In this document: piece after piece, positions 25,932 to 38,188 of the stretch
Layout of the letters: every line of letters starts with the position of its first letter
Numbering within the stretch: the first letter of the stretch is position 1
Origin: Lophium mytilinum
Lineage: Eukaryota
Length of the DNA stretch: 64,000 bases
Assembly (NCBI GenBank): GCA_010093605.1
Contig: MU004197.1
Span: 186,001 to 250,000 of the forward strand
Direction of reading: 5' to 3'
Program-made: the position numbers and the translations under genes
Notes under the pieces: model-generated
What the model was told of the DNA's origin: nothing
The model's database searches: none
The model's input: only the letters and a program-made list of their open reading frames with translations

Positions 25932-27473
25932 ATGTTTGCCCACGGGGGTGCCTCCGAGGAGAATACGGCTTCCGCTGCCCTCAACCCTTTATCAGCGCCA
26001 GCGCCTGTTCGCCGAAAGCGTGACCGCCAGGACTCCGACGATCTGGTATATAGTTCCAAACGGCCACGACGAAGTACTGAGCTCGAAGTACAGACTACAA
26101 ATGTCATGGTCGACGCGAGATCATTCCCTGAAGTCGAACTAGCCAGCTTCGAAGGCCTCCCCACAGAGCTACTACATATAGTCTTCAACTACGTCGATAT
26201 CAAGGGACTCAAATCTCTTCGCCGTATCAACAGCCGCATGAACGAGATTGCCATCAGCCATCTGTTCTCCGAAGTCTTTCTCCACGCCGTAGATCGTCCG
26301 CAGAACAGCTTAGACTTTCTTCACAAGCGGCCTGACATGGGCAGTTTGGTTCGAGGCCTGCACTACGGCAACTTTATCGTCCATTTGCCAGACGAGCACA
26401 TCCCCCTTTGGAGGTATCTGGGCGACGTCTACATATTTACCGTGTATCAAGCCCTGAAGAAGGCCGCCACCGGCGCACCATCGGCTATTACCCAAGATGC
26501 TCAAGAGCTGGCAAATACGTTAAAAGGCTGTACCGCGAACTGGGATATTCGCCGTCTCAATTCGACCACGACGGTCCAGCACATCGACAAGATGCCTAGG
26601 CTCAACTCGTTGAGGTTTACTGGATGCCCACCTGATCCCCGAGAATGCGATCAGTCCGCTCGCACCGTATGGCTCAGAGACAATCAATACTCATCCACGA
26701 TCTGCTTATTCTCCACTCTCCTAGCCTGCTACACGACGGGACGAGAACTGAAGAACCTAGAAATCAACTGGGATGGACTGGCTATGCTCCATGCTTGGGA
26801 TGAAATCTACAATCGTGGCTCAAATGGGAAATTTGGTCTATGGGGATCCATACAGCTAACGCTTCTTGAGTCTACTCTCAAGAATCTGACAAAATTCAGC
26901 TGGCAGATGCGGATCGGGGAGCTCGAGGAGCGTACAGATCCACTTGGCAACCCGGGCTTTTTCCACCGCTTTCTGCGCGGACTGCCAAAGCTCAAGGAGC
27001 TGGATATCAGCTTCCGCTGCAAGCCCATCCACCCGGGGATGCCAGGCGATCGGCCCAGGCAAATTTTGCTGGGAGAGATCTTCGGGTCTGTTAAGGCCGG
27101 CACGTCTGTGACTTTGGCTAACCTCGAGTCGCTGTCCTTGGCAGGGATGCACGCGGAGATTGAAGACCTATTCACGATTCTAGAGAACCATCGACCTACC
27201 CTCAAGGCCTTACAGCTGGAAGGAATAGTCATGCGGAACCGTGGGGATTGGGCGCTCGTGCTCTCGCGACTCCGCAGATGGGTGGAGCGAGCACAGCTTC
27301 ACTCTCTCAGCATTCGAGGTGCTCTGGGGGAAGGTGCCCCAGCCTGGGGCCCGGAAAAAAACTGCCGCTATACGCCTGGGGCTGATTTATGGGCGGAGAA
27401 TGAGAAGGTGGTGCAATACCTTCTGAGGGGCGGAGCATGCCCGCTGGTCGCCGAGGTAAACGATGCGGATTAA
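25932..27473 (+). CDS. F-box-like / LRR-like protein, family A copy 4
   Basis: First ATG at 25932; FEGLPTELLHIVFNYVD..LKSLRR..HLFSE; basic RRKR...KRPRR N-terminal patch. Confidence 0.86.
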   Translation: MFAHGGASEENTASAALNPLSAPAPVRRKRDRQDSDDLVYSSKRPRRSTELEVQTTNVMVDARSFPEVELASFEGLPTELLHIVFNYVDIKGLKSLRRINSRMNEIAISHLFSEVFLHAVDRPQNSLDFLHKRPDMGSLVRGLHYGNFIVHLPDEHIPLWRYLGDVYIFTVYQALKKAATGAPSAITQDAQELANTLKGCTANWDIRRLNSTTTVQHIDKMPRLNSLRFTGCPPDPRECDQSARTVWLRDNQYSSTICLFSTLLACYTTGRELKNLEINWDGLAMLHAWDEIYNRGSNGKFGLWGSIQLTLLESTLKNLTKFSWQMRIGELEERTDPLGNPGFFHRFLRGLPKLKELDISFRCKPIHPGMPGDRPRQILLGEIFGSVKAGTSVTLANLESLSLAGMHAEIEDLFTILENHRPTLKALQLEGIVMRNRGDWALVLSRLRRWVERAQLHSLSIRGALGEGAPAWGPEKNCRYTPGADLWAENEKVVQYLLRGGACPLVAEVNDAD

Positions 27474-27487
27474 GACTGGTTGGGATG

Positions 27488-27948
27488 AATGTTGCTCACG
27501 CGACACTACTCTAGGGGGGAGCCTGGCTGTCGAGTAGCTAATTAGTCAAGAGGTTGTCTAATCTATCCTGCTTGGAACACGACATTGCCTTTAGATCATG
27601 AAATCCTGTAACGCGTGGATCTGTTACTGCTAGTCTCCAATGTTGCTCACTCGATACCACCGTAGGGGGTCCCCTATCTATCGAGCAGCCATTTAGTCAG
27701 GAGGCAGTCTAATCTACACTGTTTGAAACTTGACATCACCTTTAGACCTTTGAGTTGCTGTGGGAGTACCCTAAGCAGTGGCGACAAGCTGTAAACTTCA
27801 AGGTTATTATCTCTATAGTACAAGACTAAAAGTCTAGGCACCCAGATTCATCACTGTCTGGCTCAAATCCTGCTCACTTGACGCTACCGTAAGGGGTAGC
27901 CTGGCTGCTAACCAGCGAATCGTTCAAGAGGCAGTCTGATCTGCACTG
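27488..27948 (+). repeat. Three degenerate ~80-110-bp direct repeats downstream of A4
   Basis: Copies at ~27488, ~27639 and ~27871 share TGCTCAC.CGA...AGGGG..GCCTGGCT..AG.AGC.A.T.GTCAAGAG..AGTCT.ATCT. Confidence 0.75.
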
Positions 27949-28826
27949 CACCCTTCGATGAATGGGTGATTCTGATGTGAGATCAAGATATAGCATTGCT
28001 TGTTGTAGGTGATCGTCATAATGTAACAAGTGCTACACATCCGTAGCGCATTCGGGTAAGCCTTATTCCCCTTATGAAAAGAGCTCAAGTGTTGCTTTTC
28101 CGCGGCGAGGTTTGCGTGTCGAGGAATCTGCTCGCTGTTCCGGACGGAAGGTTCGCCGTTGGAAACATTTGAAACAGAAATACTTCAAGCGCAAGATGAA
28201 AGAATTTCAATTCCGCAGGTGCATCACATGCATGAGACAAAGCTGACACGGTGCTATTGAGGGTAGCTCATAGGAAACCATCTAATCCGAACTACTCACT
28301 TCCATCTCATCACGCTTCAGGAAACATGTCGGAAACGGATACACCAGCGGCAGTGAAATGTTGTAGTACCAATAGCCATGTAGACTGGATGAAGTAAAAC
28401 CTTCACCCAAAGATGCCGAGTAATGGCGATTGCCGGAAAATTCGTTCATTTCGCTAATCTCCATTTTGTGCAAAGCTCCTTCTAGTCGAGGAATTCGAAA
28501 TGTAGACGCCAAACACCAATCTTCCCCTTAACGGAGAAGTGCAGAGACGCCAAGAGTCCTCCAGCCTTTTTAGTAATGAGTGCCATATGGTATAATCCAT
28601 GAACTCCAGTTCAAGGATCAAGGTTGCATCTTCACTCCACCCTTCTTAGGGCCTCGAGCCCAATCTCCTCAAATAGTCGGCCATGTTAGCTTTATTAGCT
28701 TCCTCCCAACCTGTCAAGTGACGGTATTTTGCGATCTTCTCATATCGGTTGACTTCGAGATGAATCCTCCTCGAAAAATCAGTTTCATAAGGATCTTTAG
28801 TAGAATTGTAGACACGAGGGGCTGAC

Positions 28827-29979
28827 TTACGGTTGGCTATTGTTCATCAGTCCTTCGATCGACCGCATGCGATGCTCCAACCATTGCTCCAAACCATTGC
28901 TGGTAGGCGCGATAATATCAACTTGAGGGACATGCCTGACGGAGGATAATTTCAAAAGCCCGCAGTGTGTCAGAAACCGACTTTTCTTCAGACGGTTGGC
29001 CCCCATGCCGCGGCGCTCCGGAACCTCGATTTGCAGGATTTCGAGATTTCTGCAGGACTTGAGCAAGCCGACAACGGAAACGGCATCTTTGACGTCAGCA
29101 TCATCCACACGTCTGTCTGAGTCAGCCCATATTTCGCTCCACCACTGAATACCTCGGATCTCCTTCACAGCGTCTCGCCCGCTGTCGTCGATATGTTCGA
29201 GCACTTCTCGCACACGGGCAAGTTCGCAGTAGTGGGCAAAGTTCAGATGCGTGGCGTAAACAACTCTTTCGTTCACTTCGGTTCGAATCTGCCGGTTGAG
29301 ATTGAGAAATGGTTGTGCTGAGCCGAGAAGGAGCCTGCGGGGGGAGCAAAGAGATTGCGGATCGCCTTTGCGATATCTCGGTAACCATCCGTCTTGGAAT
29401 GTGTCCAGTGCCAGATCGTAGATCATGATTCGGAGCTCCGCAGGTAGGCGTAAGAAGGGGAAAATGGTAGGTGATTGTCGGTGGCAGGAAGCTTGGACGA
29501 TGAAGCTGGTCTCGTCTCCGGACATCAGATTACCCTACGCCAATGTCAGCGATCAAGGAAACTTTCTTTTTGTATTGAAACGGGGGTAGATAGCTAACGC
29601 AAAGGACTGTATATTCATTGAAAACATGAAGCACCGACAAAGGATGGAGTACTCACTATATCTTTGAGATATGGCCTGACCAGAGAGGTGCTTTGAAGAC
29701 GAATCTGAACTTCGCCGTTTGCGTCGAAATGGACAGTGACCTCCATGCGATTGTGCAACGATGAGATCTTGACGCGTTTTGCGCGTGTCGTGATGGTCTC
29801 GTTCTCGTCTCGCTGAATCTTAAGCAGCGGCTTCCCACCCTGTACATCAGCGGGTTCCGAGCGCGGAATCTCCTCAACATCGCCGCCCTCATCGGGCTCT
29901 CTGCCACGCTGGAAATGACGTTAGAAGTGCTCTGACAAGGAACGTTCATAAGTACACGGCTCACCTTGTGGCGTTTTAT
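28827..29979 (-). CDS. F-box-like protein, family B copy 1 (exons 29979-29965, 29908-29657, 29534-28827; homologous start codon reads ATA)
   Basis: FPFLRLPAELRIMIY motif. Spliced upstream exons give DVEEIPR and VKISS...PYLKD motifs shared with paralogs. Confidence 0.75.
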
Positions 29980-31160
29980 AGTTGGTTGTTGAGGAACGGA
30001 AGATTGAGTTGAGTGTAAAGAGGAAGAAGCTGGAGGAAGGAAGACTTTATATAGAAGGCCTGGATAGTCTCACTTCTCACTTCGTCTAGCGACCTCACTT
30101 GTTAGCTAGGAGTTTCAACAAGATGTAGGGATATCGTCTGCACACTTTCAAGTGCCCTCACCCGTGGTGTTTCGAAGCCGTCGCTAAGATTCAGAGTAGA
30201 AAATTCTCCTAAATATTAGAGATTCTCTTACCTCTTCAAGCCATTTGAGATGGTGCGCCTTGCGAAACATCAAAATAGTCTCCACAGACGTTTGAAAATC
30301 ATGCAACGACTGTGTCTGACGTTCGAAGAGCGACTCCGCTGTCCCCAGATCCGTCATAGCTCGTAGTACCTCGACGTTCTTTGAGAGTCTGGACGGGATA
30401 TAGGATTGATAATTTCATAATAGTCAGATCCCTCAGATCCCCTCCAAACCGCGCAGTCTGGGATCAAATAAACACATGTTTCCAGCTTCAAGGGCAGTAT
30501 TCCATCTCATAATTGTCAAAGTCTTCCATAACATAGTCACGTGACAATTTTATCGCTTAGTTATCACCCGTAGCAGCATTGCAATATCTTGAATAGCATC
30601 TTTGACTACAGATTGTTAGCGCAACTTTATCTCCACGCCAGTGATCTTTACATCGTCCCCAAAATCTCAAAAGCGCATTGAGCCATCTCACATAATGACG
30701 AAGGCCGTTACGGAACCCTTTGATAAGTGCGTGCAAAGCAAGCGGACATGTTCACGATCAATTTTGTGGCTTTAAAACAGAGTTGAGGAGATCTTATGAA
30801 TGTTTAAATAGAGAGTTCTCCGAAATACTCCTAAAGTATGACAGTTCGGAAGTCAAATGTCGAATGCCTCATATGTCTCCGCCTCGTAACCGTGATAAAG
30901 TAGCAGTGCACCTGAATCATCGTTCCAGATGCCATGATCTCTCATGCCTACCCAATCTACCCCGTGTGATCACCAGTAGTAACATCAGCTGTCTGAATAT
31001 GTTCAGAGAGCCTCTTGAGGTGGAACGGGCTTCCATGTAGAATCGTGATTTGGTTTTGTTTGGGAACAAGAAGATCTTGGGATGTAGAGATGTCTCTAGA
31101 GAGCGGTAGTGTTAGATCCGGAGTTCCGAGCAGACGAACGTTTCAAGGATAGACTTACCA

Positions 31161-32320
31161 TCACCAAGATCGAATCCACCAACTCCACAGCTCGAAGTCG
31201 CTCTCCACCTTGGACCCTGTCATGCCCTCAAGAAGCCACTCCTTCAACGCATCGCCCGGGCTATGAATGCGGACATTGCTGACATTAGTAACCGCCCGGA
31301 GCTCGCCGAACGCACAGGTCTTGGAGAAGTGTCGTGGTTTCAGGCCCGTTTTGCCTAAAGCTTTCTGCTTAGGGATGACGACGTGTAGCTGCTCAAGTTT
31401 GCCACATTGCCTAAGCAGATCGGCGACCTCCATGGCAACATTGGCAAACGCTGGGTCCGACCTGTCCTGGACAGACTCCCAGCGAGCATCCCACCAACGG
31501 ATCCGTAGCTTCTTGATATTGGCCCGCCCCAGAGGACCGATCGCGTCCAGCACGTCGCGTGTGATAGAGAGGTCGCAGCGGCCCTTCTCGTCGAAGTACC
31601 GGTAATTGACATAGTCGAAGTTGAAGTCAAGCTGGAAAGTCCGAAACAGCATGACCGAGACTTCCGCTCGCATCTGCTTGTTCATGACCAGGAGCTTACG
31701 CATAGGGCCAAAGGATATGTCGGTTGGAAGACAAGTTCCATCAATAGTTGGCCTCAAAGTGCTACCATGGAACCACTCGTCCTTAGTGACGGTATTTGGA
31801 TACTGGTTAACGACGAGCTCGTATATCATCAAGCGGATCTCGGCCGGAAGCTTCATGAAAGGGAAGCAACGACGCTGGGTGGAGACCGGTCGAAGGACGA
31901 GTCTATTGAGAAAAGCAGCTTCCTATCAGACCGTGAGTAAAAGAACCAATATAGCACAAAGGGTGTTGGAGAACACTTACCTCACGCGTCTCGTCCTTGA
32001 TCCAACGCGTACTGGCAGAGTTTGACTTGAACCCGATCTCAACCGTGCCATTTGGCGCCAATCGGACCCCTAGTCGGACCTCATGGCCTTCAAAGCTGAT
32101 CAACACCTTCTTGAATGCTGTGTGTAGGACCTGCTACGACGTGAGCTAAAATTGAATGCTAGTACAAGATCTTTGGGCATAGACCTCGATTCCTGGAGCG
32201 CGTAAGCGTGGAATTTCCTCTACATTGTTGCCTTCGGGCTCTCTTGGGCGCTATACGAAGTCAGCATAAGTTGAAGATACGTGGATAGAAGGAGAAGGGA
32301 CATACTTTGCCGTGATTCAT
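31161..32320 (-). CDS. F-box-like protein, family B copy 2 (4 exons)
   Basis: FPFMKLPAEIRLMIY; ATG AAT CAC GGC AAA|gtatgt first exon; VEEIPR exon; intron 31923-31980 is in frame. Confidence 0.8.
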
Positions 32321-32676
32321 GTTTGACTGCAAGCGGTTGTGGAATGGAGGATGTTGGTGGTAGGAGGAAGGTAGGCGAACACGTAGCTATATATGCAGAT
32401 AGAAAACTTAGGGTGAAGGTTCCTAACCCATGTGGTCTCACACTTCACTTCTTGCGCCCTGGTTTGGTCCGAGCGGCGTGGATGGAGTGTGGGATTCTGG
32501 CGGGTGAACTAGCGGGTTTGACGCGGTCTGAGGTGGCTCAACGATGTTATCGATTGATCAGATTGATGCGTCTCGGGTTCTTGCAAGGTTGTTGAGGCCA
32601 GTCAGACGGCGGTAAACAGGTGTACACATATATTGACAGAGGAGAGAAATATGTATAGAGGTTCAGTAAGTCATCT

Positions 32677-33092
32677 TCAACAAGCTATCATTTGTTCCCA
32701 GATCATGGGTGGACGGATGTCATCAGCCGCGTGGTCGATGACTTCGTAGCGATAGTTGCAGAAGTGAAAATAGTAGACGCGCAGCTCAGATGGGTCGAGG
32801 ACCATGTCATAGATCATTAGGCGGATCTCGGCGGGGAGATTGAGGAAAGGAAAGGTCGATTTAGAGATGAGGTCCTGAATACGCGTTAGTCGTATACAAA
32901 CCAGATTCATGAGATGGACCAACTTTTAGACAGTCCGCGTGAGAGGCGCTGGTGTGCAAGTCTGCTTCTACAATCTCGTCCACCCTGTCTTCATCCTCAT
33001 TGTCATTGCTGCGTCCCCCAGAAAGCTGGAAAGTTATAAGTCTGCTCCACTACGAAAACGAGGATGTCTGAAACCTTCTTTAGCTGCGTCAT
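32677..33092 (-). pseudogene. Truncated family B F-box-like gene (copy 3), C-terminal domain missing
   Basis: Spliced MTQLKK|...RVDEIVE...|DLISKSTFPFLNLPAEIRLMIYDMVLD, then a stop ~40 codons later. Confidence 0.7.
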
Positions 33093-33110
33093 CGTCGCAA
33101 CTGGTTGAGT

Positions 33111-33206
33111 GATGTTGGCTGGGAAACAGAGAATTATGTTGGTTGGAGAACAAAGAGTTATGTCGATTGAGAAACAAAGTGTGAAGCTGGTTGAGAAACT
33201 GAGAGC
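33111..33206. repeat. Degenerate 24-bp minisatellite x4
   Basis: ATGTTGGCTGGGAAACAGAGAATT-like units, just upstream of the B3 start. Confidence 0.6.
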
Positions 33207-33788
33207 CCTGGTAAATCAGAGCAAAGTAGTGTCGCTGCCTGCGAGGTTCTCACCAGACGCTTTCACTTTTCATGCCGTCATGACGTCACGTATCTCAAGG
33301 CTAGGGATGGGTAAGTAGTGTCCTGATCGAACTTTGAGAAGGACTCGTACCTTTATTCCCGACATCGTTGACAAAGAAGCGCGCTTGACGGTGGGGTTGG
33401 AATGAGGAAGAAGGTTGGAAGTGGGGAGCAAGACGTTGTCCGATTAAGCGATAGACCTCACGTGACTAGCTTCCAAACATCATAATACCGCAGCTAAACA
33501 CCCCAGTACGTCGCATGGGGTAAGCGAGAGGGATATCAGTCTTGCAAGGAGCCTTGAAGTAGATAAATAAACAATCAAAACATACATCCAGGGACACAGG
33601 GCGGTAGACGGGTATACGTGGATTCAAAAAAAGCGAATGACTCTGACTACAGGACAAAACTCCAGACAGACATGCGAACCCGAAGAGCACCGTCTTACCA
33701 ACCTCCCTACTCTCATCTCCCTGTCTTCCTCTACGAGCAACCTCAATGCAGAACGACACCCATCGAAACCTCCCACGCCACCACTCTC

Positions 33789-34767
33789 CTAATGCCCCTC
33801 CGCCAGCGACCGAATCTGCTTCGCAATCGCCCTCATCTCATCATACCCACGCGGAAAATCATGATCATGATGATGGAAACACTGCCTCGCGACACTCTTT
33901 TCACAAAGCTCATACGCCTCGCGGCCAAACTGCTCCTTATCCTCCGGGCAGCGAATATGCAGCGTCGGGATCTTAATCAACTGCCCATCTAAGGCCGGAT
34001 CCGCCTTCGTCAGGCCCACCGTATTATCCGTCAACACCCTCCTCCCATTCGCCAGCCTCGCGGGGAACAGCGCCTGCGAGTCCAGTAGCGGGTTCGCTCG
34101 CGCCAACATCATGTACAACGCCGCGTCTGACTCTTCGGGTTTGGGGATGTCGGGCTCGACTTTCTCGTCCATTTCGAGGATGCGGATGGGGGTTGGGCAG
34201 TTTATGAAGATGGCGAAGCGGAAGGGGAATTGGTCGGCGGTGGCGGTGGGGTTCTCGACGGCGAAGCGGATGATGGCTTGGGCGGCGAGGGAGGCGCCTT
34301 GGGAGTAGCCGAGCACGCCGTCGTAGGGGCCGTCGTCTTCGACGAGTTGGAGGAGTTCTTGCTCGGTTTCGATGACGTTGTAGGGGTCTAGCAGGTCGTA
34401 GTATTCCCATAGGCCGGAGTTGGCGAAGGTGTCGGTGTGGATGGCCCAGCCCTCTGGTTTGTGTTAGATATGGAGGTTGAGAGGTAGGAATTAGAAAGAA
34501 GGAAAGATAGAAAGAGAAGAGGGAAATACCTTTGGCATGCTGGACGGTGCCTTGCACGAACTCAAATTCGAAGTCGTCGAGTTGGGAGCGGAAGCCCGCT
34601 GGGTCTCATCAGCTTGGGGAAACGAGGTGCGGAGAGGGTAGAAGTAGCTTTCACGAACCTGTTTGCATTTTGAAGATCTATGGAACCTTTAGTATGATGT
34701 CTTGTCAAGTGGTTGAGATACTCACGTCATTGTTAGAGCCGCGTCCATGAAGGCAAAGAATTCTCAT
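33789..34767 (-). CDS. FSH1/DUF341 serine hydrolase (LovG-like trans-acting thioesterase/esterase), 4 exons
   Basis: MRILCLHGRGSN N-terminus, GPYDGVLGYSQGA nucleophile motif, IKIPTLHI..PED, HDHDFP catalytic His region. Confidence 0.9.
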
Positions 34768-36024
34768 TTTGGATGTTTTCAGGTGTTTACTGGGTCTGAA
34801 ACTAGGAGCTTATCGGAATACCGTTGGGGGCGAGAACAAAAACTCCCAAATAAATAGCAAGAAGTGGACGGGGTACGAAAGAGAGCAGAAACGTGGGAGC
34901 ACGTTCGACTGCCGTTGGATGTGCCCCATGATCTACGCTAAATTGACACTATGAAACGGAGGGGCGTGACGTTGCAATGAGCCAGGATACCGTTTCTCCA
35001 CAGTCACGATGCCCCAGGGATTCCCCGTTCTACATGACTCGAAAGCCTGCTCCAAGAAGGGATATCAATCCGGGGATCTGCACCCCACGCTTTAGTCGCC
35101 CATGGGGTAGAGTCGAAAGCAGATGGATGAAAATGACGAGGAGAAGGTACATTCATAGCTCCTCCTCGGACGCTAAACCCGTGAGTAACCTGCCGATAAG
35201 GATCGGCGTATGCGGGGAGACAGGGCAAGCATAGGCTAGGGAGATCATATCTTGTCGGCCGGACTTGCGGGGCTCCACATTACTACACCATGTTCTCGAA
35301 GCATTGTGGAGGTTATAGAATAGCCGATTCGTGGCTTTCTCGGGGCAGCATATATGCTGCATAGAACATCTAGACGCTGTTCCCCAGCCAGGGATCAAGC
35401 TGGATGCTTATCAAAAGGTCTCGAGGTGAATGATATTCTGGGTTTGGGGCTACCAGGGTTCCAGGCTTGATGAACCAGGGTCTGCGTGAAAGCATAGACT
35501 AGGCTGCGCCTGCATTAGCAACCGTTAGGCGAGCGCTGATCACACACGTGGCAGGGGGAGATTCCAACGGCTATGGCGCTCTGGATCGGCGCTAGGGGGT
35601 TGGCACGCCGTGGGGTAACGTGGGGCAAAGCAGCCAATTTCGACCTCAACCGTGGTTTCTCGCGGTATTCTCGGTTTGACTCCACTTGAGTCCTAAATTA
35701 CAGCGCACCGTGTGTCTCTACAGTCATGCATCCGCATTTGGCACTATCTCCGGGGGCGATGGTAATATGTTGATGGAGGCTTTGTGGGTCGGGCTCGAAT
35801 TGATACCGGCTACTGAGATGGGCAGGGCCTATTATCTCATAATCATTGGTAGGTACATGGGTAAGGTATCTTACTAGGTGCGAAACATGTGAAGTTCTAT
35901 GCCTCGTCTTTGTCACTTTAAGTACACAGTCTGCGTCTGCTCGACCCTGGCCCCTGTCATGACTCCCCTGCTAAGCCCCAAACCCCTTTCCACAGGCATG
36001 TGAGGACAGGGCACCGTCTTCTAC

Positions 36025-38188
36025 TCACATTTTCTCTTCATCTTTTTCTCGTGATGGTTGTCGCTCAATGACTGGCATCTCGCTACCAACCGTGTTGCCT
36101 GTTTCCTCGCTAATGTTGCGAGTATGGCCTTCACCTTGCGGCATAGCAGCGATGAGCGGATTCCAAGGGATGCAGTAGAAAACAATCGCACAAGCAATTG
36201 CGGAGGCAAACCCGAACATAAAGGTCTTCTTGATGGTGGCCATCATCGCAACGAGCACTTGCGGCAAAAGATCCGGAGGCACATCCTTGTGCACACGAGA
36301 CGGGTTATGCAGGACGGCGGCGGCGAACTCAGCAGGTAATCCTAGCGCAATGATTTTCTTGGTCAGGACCTGGTTGAAAATCGTGCTCGAAACAGGCATC
36401 GAAACAGATCTGTGCGGGTCGATCAGTGGGTGCACGGTTCTCGGAATTGTGCGGTAGATTTCGGAAACTTACGAGCCGAGCATGGAGGATAGGAACGTCA
36501 ATCCATTCGCAATGGAATGGAATTCTTCTCTTAGCAGTGTTTGACCAGGCACGACGTTTGCGATTATACAAAACCCGACGCCGAGACCGAGAAGGACCTC
36601 GTACGGAAATACTTTCAACAGTGATGTGTCGATGGTGAAGGTGAAGGTTACGAGAGCCGAGGCCGCGATCAGACACATCCCTCCGACCATGAAAAAGGGA
36701 TTGTAGAAGCGGACTTTGAAGACGCCTACGGCGGCGATAGTAGAGCCAACGCAGGTGCCTAGCACGTAGGGTAGCAATCGAATGGCACTTGCTTGCGCTG
36801 AGCGACCTTGGACGGCCTGGACAAACACGGTTAGCCATGTAAAAACAGGACTAGGCCAGGGTTCTTGGAGCATAGCTTACCTGGAAGAAGTATGATAGAA
36901 AGAAGACGTAATTTATGAAACTGCAAAATAGAAGAAAGAGACCTAAGCACGATCCCCAAACCGTTCTATGTCGAAGAATCTCCCGGGGTAGGAGGGTGAT
37001 ATCGAAAGGTGTTTGTAGTTCGTGGAGAACGAACCCGACCTGGAGCACGGCAGCCACACAGAGCAGTGCGATAACCTCGCTCGAAGACCACTGCGACGTC
37101 GACGCTATCTGGAGCGCGCAGATGAAGCATGTCAACGCCGCGACGAGTAAAGCTCCTCCGATTGGATCCAGTCGCTTCAGCTTCTGGTAAAGAGGCAGCG
37201 TGAAAAGATTTGTTCTGGGGTTCTCATTGGGGAACACCAGAAAGGCGACGGCGATAGATGCACCTGCAATAGGCGCATTGATCCAGAAGGTCCAACGCCA
37301 CCCGATCGAATCAGCGATGACGCCGCCCAAAAGAGGTCCCATCATGGAGCAGACGCCTAAGGCCTTGTCAGAAAAGTCTTGAAATCAGGGGTAGTAACAC
37401 GTCTCACCCATGATGACGGCGCCCACTCCCTCCAGGAATGTCCGTTTGCTGCGTGGCACAGCGAGCATGATGATCCGGAATGCGCCCGTCAAGATCCCTG
37501 CCGCGCCAACCCCAGCTATGGCGCGACCAGCGATGAAAACGGACGAAGTCTTCGCTGCGGCAGAGCAGACTGAGCCTCCTGCAATTTATCAGCTTGTGAC
37601 AGCGGCCGTAAAGATGAGGGGATAGACTAACCGACTAGGATAATCAGCGCGAGGATAAAGACCGGTTTGAGTCTCCATAGCGTGTAGGCTTTGCCATAGA
37701 TGGGCATCATGACGGTCATTGGAAGGAAGTACGCCGATGCATACCATCCAATATCTCTTGGTACGCGGAACTCAGCTACCAGGATGGGAAGAATTGTCGC
37801 TGCAGATCCACACTATGTTAGCGTGTTGAACAAGGGGGTTGCGGGAGTTTCCACTTGCCGACTGCTGTGTCATCCAATGCCGTCTATTGACAAACGCGTC
37901 AGGGTGTTAGTTACGGTGCTCCGTGGTACATCTGACAGGAAGCCTACTTGCCACCATGTAGGGGATCATTCCACTCAAGATGATGAGCACCAGCCTCCAT
38001 CCGCGCGGGTACGAGACGATGAAGTCAACTTCCCCTTGCACGAATTCGATCTGAGATGTTTCGTTCTCGGAGACTCGGTATAAATCGCGAAGAGTCTCGA
38101 TCGAGGTGTGGATTGACCGGAGAACCTTTCTGCGATGCGGTACTCGTGGAGGCTCTCCGAAGGCGATCGGGAAAATAGTAGAGGCCAT
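36025..38188 (-). CDS. MFS drug/toxin efflux transporter (DHA2-like, multi-exon)
   Basis: YPRGWRL N-terminus, DIGWYASAY, FIAGRAIAGVGAAG, MGPLLGGVIADSIGWRWTFWINAPI, multiple hydrophobic segments. Confidence 0.9.

Noticed and set aside
27488..27948. Spaced repeats as a CRISPR array
   Set aside because: Eukaryotic context, long degenerate units, irregular spacing and no cas genes.
33109..33318. 69-aa ORF with 8-aa periodicity (MLAGKQRI...)
   Set aside because: Reflects a 24-bp minisatellite upstream of B3; no independent coding evidence.
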